A DNA stretch of 27,714 nucleotides from NCBI GenBank assembly GCA_027340875.1, contig DAIENX010000074.1:1-27714 (forward strand), in the 5' to 3' direction. Positions 9,047-17,247 of this stretch are shown in pieces. The DNA is from Elusimicrobiota bacterium (lineage in GTDB: Bacteria > Elusimicrobiota > Elusimicrobia > Elusimicrobiales > UBA9959). Both the position numbers and the translations under genes were made by a program. Each line of letters begins with the position of its first letter. The first letter of the stretch is position 1. The notes below the pieces were generated by a model. The model searched no databases. It worked only from the letters and a program-made list of their open reading frames with translations, and was not told the DNA's origin.

Positions 9047-9594
9047 AGCGCTTCAGGCTTCATCTTGCTCTCGTCTATCTTCTTCCAGCGGGCCTTCAGC
9101 TTCATCAGGGCGGGCTTGAGCTTGAGGCGGGACATCAGCGGCAGGCGCGAGATGAAGACGATGCCGTCGAGGTGGTCCATCTCGTGCTGCAGGGCCTTGG
9201 CGAAAAGACCCTCGGCGTTGATCTCAATGGGCAGGCCCTTCTCGTTCATGGCGCGCACCCGCACCTTGGCGGCGCGGCGGATCTTGGCGAACAGGCCCGG
9301 AAAAGAGAGACAGCCCTCATCCTCGTAGAGGGAACCGGACTTCTCCACGATCTCCGGGTTTATTATCACTATCGAGAGAGGCTCGGCGTCCTCGCGCTTG
9401 ATCTTGATGGCGGCCAGCCTGAGGTCCAGGCCGATCTGGTTGGCGGCGAGGCCGATGCCGCCTACGGCGTCCATCGTCTCGAACATGTCCGCCAGCAGGG
9501 CGGGCAGCTCCTTCTTTATATCGGAGAAATTGACCTTCCTGGTCTTCTTCTCGAGTATCTTCTCGCCGTACTTGCATATCCTTCGTATCGCCAT
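9043..9594 (-). CDS. def: Peptide deformylase
   Basis: GIGLAANQIG, EGCLS and HEMDH motifs; ATG start at 9594. Confidence 0.97.
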   Translation of the reverse strand: MAIRRICKYGEKILEKKTRKVNFSDIKKELPALLADMFETMDAVGGIGLAANQIGLDLRLAAIKIKREDAEPLSIVIINPEIVEKSGSLYEDEGCLSFPGLFAKIRRAAKVRVRAMNEKGLPIEINAEGLFAKALQHEMDHLDGIVFISRLPLMSRLKLKPALMKLKARWKKIDESKMKPEAL

Positions 9595-9609
9595 ATGATC
9601 ACGCACCTC

Positions 9610-11619
9610 TTATGAAAGCTGATAGGTCATCTGCCGGCCTTCCCATACCACCTTCGCGAGCAGCGGTTTGCCGGGGGCTTCGCCCGGCTTCTTCAGCATG
9701 CCCCAGGCCATCGCGAGGCGCTCGAGCTGTACCTCCGCGCCCATGGCCCCCGAAACGCCCATGACTATCTCGTCGGCGCCGGCCGCCTGCGCCACCTGGG
9801 CCATCGAAAAGAACGGGTCGTTGGAAAAGACGAAGATCGGCTTGACGGTCTTGCCGTACTTCTCGGCCATCAGCACCACCGGCCCGAACAGGTCCCTGTC
9901 CTCTTCGCTGATGGTGTCCGTATCCCTCTCAAGCTGCAGGCCCTTGGCTATCTTGGCGGAGAGCACGATGATATCGGTGGTGTCGTCGTCCGCGGTTTCC
10001 AGCACGCTCTTCAGGTGGATAAGGTTGTTCGGATTGCGCACGGGGACCAGTATGCGCCGCGCCTTGGTCAGCTCGGGCACCACCTTATCGATGTCAGCCT
10101 CCCGGCGCAGGTTCATCTTCTCGTCGTTGTCCTCGTCCGGCTTGTAGAGCTGCGCCTTCTTCCGGTTCATGTTCTCCGAGATCTGGAAGATCGCGTAAAA
10201 GACGACCGTGGAGGCCAGACCCGCCATGGTAGCCACGCGCTTCGTAAGCAGGTTCATCAGCGTCGCGGCCAGCAGCACCACGAAAGCGGCGCTCATTCCC
10301 ACAGGCAAGCTGATGCGGCCGGCACGGATGTTAAGCGGGAACAGCCACTCCCTCGGCATTTCGGGGTTGAAGCGCAGCACGATGAGCGAAAGGGTCTTGA
10401 AGACGAGGCTCCACATCACTCCGAAGGCATAGGCCTCGCCTATCAGGTATATGTCGCCTCTTGAAAGCACGATGACGCAGATCTGGGCTACGGCTATCAG
10501 GTTTATCATCCTGTACGTCGTGCCGTACTTCCCGTGGAGGTGGCGGAACCAGTCGTGCAGGATGCCGTCCTCGGCCACGCGGTTCAGCACGCCGTTGGCG
10601 CCGACCAGGGATGTGTTCAACGCGCCCACCAGCATCAGGCTTCCGGAAGTCACGACCAGGGACTGCAGCAGCAGTCTTGCCCAGTACGGTCCCTGCAATT
10701 CCAGCGCCAGGCCGCTGAGCAGGTTCTCGGAATACTTGCCGGCTATCAGATCTCCCGGAATGATCAGCGAAGACAGGAAGGTGAGCCCGCCGGTATAGAT
10801 CAAACTGAACAAGAAGATCGCCAGCGCCGCCTTTTTCAGGTTCTGTATCTTCGGGTCCTCCACCTCTCTATAGACCTGCGCCAGCGTTTCAAGTCCGCTC
10901 ATGGCCAGTATGGAATGGCCGAAAGCCATGAAAATACCCACAAGTCCTACCGTGCGCCAGACCGGGAAATGCCTCATCCAGCCGATGGACTCGTCCGTGA
11001 ATTTCAGTTCGAACGGCGGCAGAGTGAAACCACGAACCCAGACCGTATAGAGGGCCCAGCCGAGCAGCACGACGCCGACCGCGGTCACGAAGACCATTAT
11101 CTTCATGTTCTTGTCGCTGGACTCTTCCACGCCTTTTATATTCTCGCGCCAGAAATATATGGTCACCAGGACCGCGAAGACCACGGCGAAGACCCTGTCC
11201 GGAACGTGCCAGCCTATATGCAGCAACGGCAGCAGGTTGGACAACAGGCTGGAAACGTAAAGTCCGGCGCTTATGGAACTTATCGGGCCGGTTATCGTGT
11301 AATCGAACAGGAGCGCGGAGACGGACAACTTGGCCATGAAATGTCCAAGCGCCTCGTTGACCACCTTGTAGACCCCGCCCCGCACGAACATGGCGCAGGA
11401 CTCTACGTACACCATCAGCATCACGCCGGAAAAGAGCATCACCGCGAGGACGTACCAGGGCGCCGCGGGACCAAAGGCGTTCATGGCGATGCTGCCGGCG
11501 TAGTAGGCGCTGGAGCCCATATCGCAGAGCACGACGGCGGCGGCCTTCCAGAAAGAGATGAAGGTAAGCATGGCCGTGCTCAGCACGAAGACCTGTTTGA
11601 AGCGCGGGGAAGGGACCAT
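9610..11619 (-). CDS. APC-superfamily transporter, KimA/YdaO-like, with a C-terminal cytosolic USP-like domain
   Basis: About 12 TM segments; DMGSSAYY, LLFDYT and SGLETL align by eye to KimA-type motifs; C-terminal RILVPV...ADEIVMG; start re-called at ATG 11619. Confidence 0.8.
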   Translation of the reverse strand: MVPSPRFKQVFVLSTAMLTFISFWKAAAVVLCDMGSSAYYAGSIAMNAFGPAAPWYVLAVMLFSGVMLMVYVESCAMFVRGGVYKVVNEALGHFMAKLSVSALLFDYTITGPISSISAGLYVSSLLSNLLPLLHIGWHVPDRVFAVVFAVLVTIYFWRENIKGVEESSDKNMKIMVFVTAVGVVLLGWALYTVWVRGFTLPPFELKFTDESIGWMRHFPVWRTVGLVGIFMAFGHSILAMSGLETLAQVYREVEDPKIQNLKKAALAIFLFSLIYTGGLTFLSSLIIPGDLIAGKYSENLLSGLALELQGPYWARLLLQSLVVTSGSLMLVGALNTSLVGANGVLNRVAEDGILHDWFRHLHGKYGTTYRMINLIAVAQICVIVLSRGDIYLIGEAYAFGVMWSLVFKTLSLIVLRFNPEMPREWLFPLNIRAGRISLPVGMSAAFVVLLAATLMNLLTKRVATMAGLASTVVFYAIFQISENMNRKKAQLYKPDEDNDEKMNLRREADIDKVVPELTKARRILVPVRNPNNLIHLKSVLETADDDTTDIIVLSAKIAKGLQLERDTDTISEEDRDLFGPVVLMAEKYGKTVKPIFVFSNDPFFSMAQVAQAAGADEIVMGVSGAMGAEVQLERLAMAWGMLKKPGEAPGKPLLAKVVWEGRQMTYQLS

Positions 11620-11702
11620 ATTTATCAAGTTAATTATATATTTTGCGGACGCCCAAAGAAACCCGCGCAAGCTACCGGGGAGGACCGGCCGACGCCCGCG
11701 GA

Positions 11703-12176
11703 CTATTTGCCTTTGACGATAAGGGCTGCCGCCGAGGCGGCGTCCTTCTGCGCGGCGAGCTTCTCTATCAGCTCGGGCTGGAAGGTCTGGCTGAGAAGGG
11801 AAAGCATGTTCAGGTGGCGCTGGAAGTACGCGGGCTTATGGGGGGAGAGCAGCAGCAGGGCCGCCCTGACCTTCATCCCTGTGGCCGGGTCCTGGAAGCC
11901 CTGGGGGATGATGCCCAGCACGGCGAAGAAATTGTGCAGCTCCTTGAACTTGGCGTGAGGGATATAGAAGCCGCTCTCCAGCACCTGGTTGAGCTTCTCG
12001 ACCTCCGCTATGCGCTCGAAGAGGACCTTGCGGCTGATAATGCCGCTGACCTGCGGCAGCACCTTCTCGGTGAGTTGCCGCACGACCTCTTCGCGTGAGG
12101 GGGTTCCCTCAAGGAATACTATGTTCTCTGGACTTACTACTGCGGAAAGACTGACCGCGTCTGACTGTTGTATCAT
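11703..12176 (-). CDS. PTS EIIA (PtsN/fructose-mannitol type) domain protein
   Basis: GFYIPHAK phospho-His motif; LLLSP...HLNMLSLLS C-terminal pattern. Confidence 0.75.
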   Translation of the reverse strand: MIQQSDAVSLSAVVSPENIVFLEGTPSREEVVRQLTEKVLPQVSGIISRKVLFERIAEVEKLNQVLESGFYIPHAKFKELHNFFAVLGIIPQGFQDPATGMKVRAALLLLSPHKPAYFQRHLNMLSLLSQTFQPELIEKLAAQKDAASAAALIVKGK

Positions 12177-12228
12177 AGGACTGCTGTATATATGTTATCA
12201 TTATCCCCGTCCTATCGTCAACAAAGCC

Positions 12229-13041
12229 ATGAAAAAGGGAACCAGGACGGCAGCAGCGGTGGGCGTGGACAGGGGCGGCACCTGGACCAGGGTAGCCGCC
12301 ATCGACGCCCGTCTCCGTCCCCTGCGCGCGGCCAGGCTGCGCACCGTCCCGCTCCGCTCCCTGCCCAAGCTCTTGGTAAAGCTGCTGGCCTCCTGGCCGG
12401 GCGGCACGGAAGCCCCGCTGGTCATAGCTACCAGGGGAGCCTTCAGCCGGGAGTGGAAAAAGCCCTTCCTGTTAAAAGCCCTTAAAGACAGGCTCTATCT
12501 AAAGGACGTGATCTCGGACGCTGAGGCTGCCCACTACGCGGCCTTCAGGGGAGGCCCTGGGCTGCTGCTTATCGCGGGGACCGGGGCAGTTGTCTTCAGC
12601 GGCAGGCCGGGAGCTTTCAGGAAGACCGGAGGGCACAATCCCGTCTCGGGAGACCCCGGGTCAGGCCGCTGGCTGGGCCGCCAGTACCTGAAGCTGCGCG
12701 GCAGGCTGCACGAGGCCGGGGCCATGGGACACGGCCGCTCCGCCGCCTACGCCGAAAGGCTGCTGCGCCTGGCACTGGGAGGACACGGGCATGCCGGCAG
12801 GCTGACGGCCCTGGCCCAGCAGGAGCTGGCCGGACTGGTGAAGGAAGCCGCCGCCGGCTCGCGGGGACCGGTCCGGGTGGCCCTGGCCGGCGGGCTGATA
12901 AAGAACTTCCATTTCAAGTCGGGCTTCATGAAAGCGGCCAGACTGGGGCTGAAGGGCCGCAAGGTCTCTTTCCTGGAGGCGGCCCTGCCATCGGAGCAGG
13001 CGGCGGCCCGCATAGCCCTGACGGGAGGCGTAAGAAAATGA
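12229..13041 (+). CDS. BadF/BadG/BcrA-type ASKHA kinase (N-acetylglucosamine/MurNAc kinase-like)
   Basis: VGVDRGGTWT, SDAEAA, LIAGTGA, GDPGSGRWLG and LAGGL; start re-called at ATG 12229. Confidence 0.8.
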   Translation: MKKGTRTAAAVGVDRGGTWTRVAAIDARLRPLRAARLRTVPLRSLPKLLVKLLASWPGGTEAPLVIATRGAFSREWKKPFLLKALKDRLYLKDVISDAEAAHYAAFRGGPGLLLIAGTGAVVFSGRPGAFRKTGGHNPVSGDPGSGRWLGRQYLKLRGRLHEAGAMGHGRSAAYAERLLRLALGGHGHAGRLTALAQQELAGLVKEAAAGSRGPVRVALAGGLIKNFHFKSGFMKAARLGLKGRKVSFLEAALPSEQAAARIALTGGVRK

Positions 13042-13832
13042 AGGAACTCTCCGTCCTGAAGACAGCGGCCCTCTCCGGAGGCAAGGTGCTGGCTGCCAAG
13101 TTCGGCAAGGTCAGCTACCGGCTAAAGGGCCGGGCGAACCTGCTGACAGAGGCGGATCTGGCTTCGGAGAAGGCGGTGAAGTCCGTGCTCCGCCGCGCCT
13201 TTCCTGACGACGGCTTCATGGCTGAGGAAAGCCCGGCGGAGTTTACGCCCAACGAGCGTCTCTGGATAATCGACCCGCTGGACGGCACGACGAATTACGC
13301 CCACGGCTTCCCCGCCGCTGCGGTGTCGGTAGGATTCGCGGAGAACGGCGTAGTGAAGGCGGGCGGGGTGTTCGACCCGTTCAGGAACGAGTTCTTCCAC
13401 GCCAGCCTGGCCGGCGGCGCTTTCGTCAACGGCCGCAGGCTGAGGATATCCGGGGTCAAGACCCTCTCAAAGGCCCTGCTGGTCACCGGCTTCGCGTACG
13501 ACAGGGCAGAGAAGGCCGATTTCTACTGCGGCTTCTTCGCGGAGTTCATGAAGCTTTCCCACGACGTCAGGAGGATGGGCTCCGCCTCGCTGGACCTGTG
13601 CTGGCTGGCCGCCGGCCGCACCGACGGTTACTGGGAATTCGGTCTGAAGCCGTGGGACGTCGCGGCCGGCGGGCTGATAGCGTCGGAGGCCGGCGCGCGG
13701 GTCACTGATTTCGGCGGCAGGTCCTGGAGAGTGGACGCGTCGATGGGCGAGGAAACGCTGGCGGCGTGCCCGGGGCTGCATGGCGCCATGATGAAGCTCA
13801 TCCGGCGGCGGCTCGGCGGAACGACAGGATGA
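13038..13832 (+). CDS. suhB: Inositol monophosphatase family protein
   Basis: TEADLASE, EE, WIIDPLDGTTNY, RRMGSASLDL and WDVAAG motifs. Confidence 0.92.
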   Translation: MKELSVLKTAALSGGKVLAAKFGKVSYRLKGRANLLTEADLASEKAVKSVLRRAFPDDGFMAEESPAEFTPNERLWIIDPLDGTTNYAHGFPAAAVSVGFAENGVVKAGGVFDPFRNEFFHASLAGGAFVNGRRLRISGVKTLSKALLVTGFAYDRAEKADFYCGFFAEFMKLSHDVRRMGSASLDLCWLAAGRTDGYWEFGLKPWDVAAGGLIASEAGARVTDFGGRSWRVDASMGEETLAACPGLHGAMMKLIRRRLGGTTG

Positions 13833-14326
13833 GGCTGCTGCAGGCCCTCGTCTTCTCCGCCGTCTTCTCCCTGGTCTACGCCTGGGTAGTGGTCTGGATA
13901 CTGGAACGCCGGGAGAAGAAGTACGGGCAGGGGCTTCCGAACTTCACCGACGCCTTCATCGCCGGCGCGTTCTCGCTGATCTTCGCCTACCTGTCCAACA
14001 TCATCGTCATCATGCGCTGGCCGGAGTCCACGGCCAGGTTCAATGTGCTGCTGATAACCGTCCTGGCGGGCTTCTGCCTGTACCGCGAAAGCATGTACAA
14101 GCTCGCCCAGAAGAAGGCCGACCACAGGCGGCGGGCGGAGATCCGCCTGCTGCAGATCCACATCTCAAAGGACCCGGCCAACGCGGCCTACTTCTGCCGC
14201 CTCGCCGAAGTATACGAGAGGCTGGGGGAAAAGGACCAGGCCCTGGAAGCCGCCCGCATGGCGGCGAAGCTCGAGCCGACGGAGCGCAACCGCTGTAAAA
14301 TAAAGCAGCTTGACGAGGAGATGTAG
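13829..14326 (+). CDS. Hypothetical membrane protein (3 TM) with a C-terminal TPR-like repeat
   Basis: Three hydrophobic segments, then DPANAAYF.RLAEVYERLGEKDQALEAA...KLEP; ATGA overlap with suhB. Confidence 0.75.
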   Translation: MRLLQALVFSAVFSLVYAWVVVWILERREKKYGQGLPNFTDAFIAGAFSLIFAYLSNIIVIMRWPESTARFNVLLITVLAGFCLYRESMYKLAQKKADHRRRAEIRLLQIHISKDPANAAYFCRLAEVYERLGEKDQALEAARMAAKLEPTERNRCKIKQLDEEM

Positions 14327-14329
14327 GAG

Positions 14330-15712
14330 CTACCGCGCCACTTCAGCGGCCAGCTTGCGGGCCGCTTCCCTGAGCATATAGTCCTCTGCGGCCTCGGCGG
14401 AAGCCGACCGCAGCACCGCTCCTGAATAGACGTCCGAAAGACTCACCGTGACCAGGAAACCTTTCTTGTCCCGGCTGAGCGCGCCGAACACGGCCAGCAC
14501 CGCCCCCGCGGCCTTCCCCATCTCGGCCGCGGCCTGGGCATCAGTGAGTCCGGCGTAAGCCAGCCGTTTTTCCTCCAGGATGAAATCCAGTTTCTCGCGT
14601 TCCGCTATCCGGAAGGCCTTCGTCTTCATCAGCTCGGATTCCAGGAGGTTGCGCATCACTGCGGCCTGCGTTTCCGAGACCCCGGGGCCGGCCGAGAACG
14701 GGGCCACGGCCAGCAGCGGGACCGACGGCAGCGGACGCCTGGCCGACGCGGCTTCCGTCCGGAGCTGGCCGCCCCAGGCGTAGCCGGCGGTCACCCTGTG
14801 CGCGGCGCCGAGCTCGCCGTAGGGGGAGAAAGCGTAGTCGAAGGTGAGATCTCCGGACCTGAGCCCTACGCCGCCCGCGAAAGCCCCCATGACGCCGTGG
14901 TCGTCGTAATTCTTGAAGTTGAGGCCTGACCGCAGATAGAGGCCGGAGCGGCCGGAATAGGGCAGGAACAGCTCTCCGGCGAAGGCCAGGTATGGGGAAT
15001 GGTCGCAGGGAAGCCTGCCCTCGGCCAGGACATTGAAGTCCGGAGCGTATTTCCACTTCAGGCCGGCTGCCAGCTCGAGAGGCAGCGGCGCGGCCTCCGA
15101 ACCCAGCTTCAGCGGGGGACCGAAGTTGCGGGCGGCCAGGCCCAGCTCGGTGCGGGAGCCGCGGCGCTCGCGGAAGATCAGGCCGGCGTCCAGAGCGGCG
15201 GTGTTGCCGGAGGAGTCGGCCAGCCTGGAACGCACGTACTTGAGCGTGACGCCGAAGTCGGCCCAGGACAAGCGCCTGGCCCAGCCGGCCGCCAGGGCGG
15301 CGTCGTAGGCGGCGATCTGCCCGCCTGCCCCGCCGGCAGCATCCACTGCGTCCAGCCCCGGAGAATAGCTGTTGTAGATGAAGCCGGCCGAGGCGATGCC
15401 GCCGCGGGCCGGGAAAGAGAGCGCCATGGAACTGCGGTAGGACCCCTCCAGCAGCGCCTCGTAGGAGACCAGCAGGTCCCTGCGCCCTTCGCCGAACACC
15501 CCGGCCGGGTTCAGAAAGAACGAATCTACGCCGTACAGAGAAAGCCCGCTGCCGGAAAGGGCGGCGAACCTCGCGGAGGGCGGCACCTTCAGGAACTGGG
15601 CGGCAGTGAGGCCGCGCGCGTCGTCGCTGAAGGCGCTTTTAGGGAAAAATCCGGCGGCGGCAGTCCCGGCGCAAAACGCCAGGAGCAGCAGCGAGGCGGA
15701 TATCCTTTTCAC
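14330..15712 (-). CDS. PorV/UPF0164-like outer-membrane beta-barrel fused to a C-terminal CsgG/HfaB-like domain
   Basis: Signal peptide; FLK...SARFAALSG..NPAG; barrel end FDYAF.PYGELG..HRV; C-terminal VAPF...F.IAERE.LD.ILEE...AAEMGK. Confidence 0.75.
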   Translation of the reverse strand: MKRISASLLLLAFCAGTAAAGFFPKSAFSDDARGLTAAQFLKVPPSARFAALSGSGLSLYGVDSFFLNPAGVFGEGRRDLLVSYEALLEGSYRSSMALSFPARGGIASAGFIYNSYSPGLDAVDAAGGAGGQIAAYDAALAAGWARRLSWADFGVTLKYVRSRLADSSGNTAALDAGLIFRERRGSRTELGLAARNFGPPLKLGSEAAPLPLELAAGLKWKYAPDFNVLAEGRLPCDHSPYLAFAGELFLPYSGRSGLYLRSGLNFKNYDDHGVMGAFAGGVGLRSGDLTFDYAFSPYGELGAAHRVTAGYAWGGQLRTEAASARRPLPSVPLLAVAPFSAGPGVSETQAAVMRNLLESELMKTKAFRIAEREKLDFILEEKRLAYAGLTDAQAAAEMGKAAGAVLAVFGALSRDKKGFLVTVSLSDVYSGAVLRSASAEAAEDYMLREAARKLAAEVAR

Positions 15713-15718
15713 GGAAGC

Positions 15719-16345
15719 TTACTTCTTGAGGTCGGAAAGGAGGTACTCTATCCGGGCGCGGATCTTTTCCTTCTCCAGCGTGTCGAAATCCTGCAGGACG
15801 TCCTCCAGGAACTTGACCGCGAAATCGTTGTTGACCCGGCTCTTCGACAGGGCGTCCTCGATGCCTTTCATGCGTTCGTCGAGATCGGAGATGCCCTCGT
15901 AGATGCCGCGGACGAAATTCTCGGCGCGGTTGAAATCCTGCGGATGGCTTTCTTCCGGAGCGGCCTGACGCCCGGGATAGGGGGCCTCATCCTGACGCGG
16001 CTGTGGCTCCTCGTAAGCCTCCTGCTGTGCGGGGGCCTCCGCGGCGTACTCTTCAGCCGCCGGCTGGACGTCGGAAAGCTCGGGCTGGAACGGCGGCTGG
16101 ACCACCAGCGTCTTCTCGCCGTCATCCACCGCCTCGGCGGGCGCGACCGCGGCTGCCGGGGCCTGAACGGCGGCCTCGGCTGCCGGCTCCAGACCCTCCT
16201 CTTCCGGTTCCGGGGCGTTCTTCAGCTCCAGGTACCGGCGGATGGAATAGACCAGGGAGAACAGGGCGCCGGAGAAAACGAGCGCCCAGACGTAAAAGAG
16301 CGGGTCTATCCAGGCGGAGTACAGGTTGAATCTTGCTGGCATCAT
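15719..16345 (-). CDS. Hypothetical membrane-anchored protein with an acidic Pro/Ala/Glu linker and helical C-terminus
   Basis: One N-terminal TM, a low-complexity acidic middle and a coiled-coil-like end; operon spacing with neighbours. Confidence 0.75.
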   Translation of the reverse strand: MMPARFNLYSAWIDPLFYVWALVFSGALFSLVYSIRRYLELKNAPEPEEEGLEPAAEAAVQAPAAAVAPAEAVDDGEKTLVVQPPFQPELSDVQPAAEEYAAEAPAQQEAYEEPQPRQDEAPYPGRQAAPEESHPQDFNRAENFVRGIYEGISDLDERMKGIEDALSKSRVNNDFAVKFLEDVLQDFDTLEKEKIRARIEYLLSDLKK

Positions 16346-16363
16346 CGGGAAGCCTCCACGCGG

Positions 16364-17203
16364 CTACAATTTTATCTCCTGGCCTTCCTTCACGGCGAAA
16401 ACCTTCATGCGGGAACCGGCCTTCCTGGCGCGGCGCGAACACTCCGCCACGATGCGGTCCAGCTCGGAGTCCCTGCGCTCCTGGTTGTGGTGGAAGAGCC
16501 CCAGCGCCCGGGCCTCGGCCTTGAGCCCTAGGTCCAGCGCCTGCTCCCAGGTGGAGTGACCCCAGCCGCCGCGCCGCGCGTACTCTTCAGGGGTATAGTC
16601 CGCGTCGTGCACCAGGACGTCGGCGCCGCGGGAGAAGGCGACATAATCCTTGACGGTCCTGCCGCCGGGGTGGACCATGCCCAGCTCGTTGTCGGTAAGG
16701 AATACGAAGGTCTTTCCGCCTTCGCAGAACTTGTAGCCCAGGCCCTGGTTCGGGTGGCTCAGCTCTATAGGCAGGACCTGCATGCCGCCGATGTCGCAGC
16801 CGGAACTGCACACCGAGGCGAAGTCGAACTTAGCGGAGATCTCCTCGAACTTGACCGGGAAGCCTGGCGGCTGCATCGTCTTGGCGATGATCTCGCGTAC
16901 CGGGTCCGAGGAGAAAGAGCAGCCCATGATGCGGATGCTGGTACGCTTGCTGTAGATAGGCGCGAAGAAGGGGAAGCCCAGGACATGGTCCCAGTGGGAA
17001 TGAGTGAACAGCATGTGGAACCGGTTGTGCGAATTCTTCAGCAGCTCCTTTCCGAGCAGGCGTATGCCGGAGCCTGCGTCCACCACCATCAGCTCGTCCT
17101 TGCGCGAACGGACCTCCACGCAGGTGGTGCTGCCCCCGTATTTCAGGTACTGGCGGCCGCTTACGGGGATGGAGCCCCTGGCACCCCAGAATTTGATCCT
17201 CAT
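16364..17203 (-). CDS. Metallo-beta-lactamase-fold hydrolase (RNase Z/phosphodiesterase-like)
   Basis: FWGARGSIP, DAGSG, THSHWDH (HxHxDH), HP, TDNE, HDA, GHS and FHH motifs. Confidence 0.9.
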   Translation of the reverse strand: MRIKFWGARGSIPVSGRQYLKYGGSTTCVEVRSRKDELMVVDAGSGIRLLGKELLKNSHNRFHMLFTHSHWDHVLGFPFFAPIYSKRTSIRIMGCSFSSDPVREIIAKTMQPPGFPVKFEEISAKFDFASVCSSGCDIGGMQVLPIELSHPNQGLGYKFCEGGKTFVFLTDNELGMVHPGGRTVKDYVAFSRGADVLVHDADYTPEEYARRGGWGHSTWEQALDLGLKAEARALGLFHHNQERRDSELDRIVAECSRRARKAGSRMKVFAVKEGQEIKL

Positions 17204-17211
17204 GTTTTTTT

Positions 17212-17220
17212 ATATTAGCA
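17212..17220 (-). promoter_or_regulatory. Extended -10 element (TGcTAATAT) directly before the MBL hydrolase start
   Basis: The - strand reads TGCTAATAT-AAAAAAAC-ATG; no SD. Confidence 0.45.
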
Positions 17221-17247
17221 AAAAAAAACGCGTTTTGTAGTTTACTT

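Noticed and set aside
11620..11702. c-di-AMP (ydaO) riboswitch upstream of the KimA-like gene
   Set aside because: Only 83 nt of intergenic space, a -10 hexamer 13 nt from the start, and no recognisable riboswitch motif
17204..17247. cydX/cydS small subunit after cydB
   Set aside because: No room or suitable ORF; CydA is the short Q-loop type
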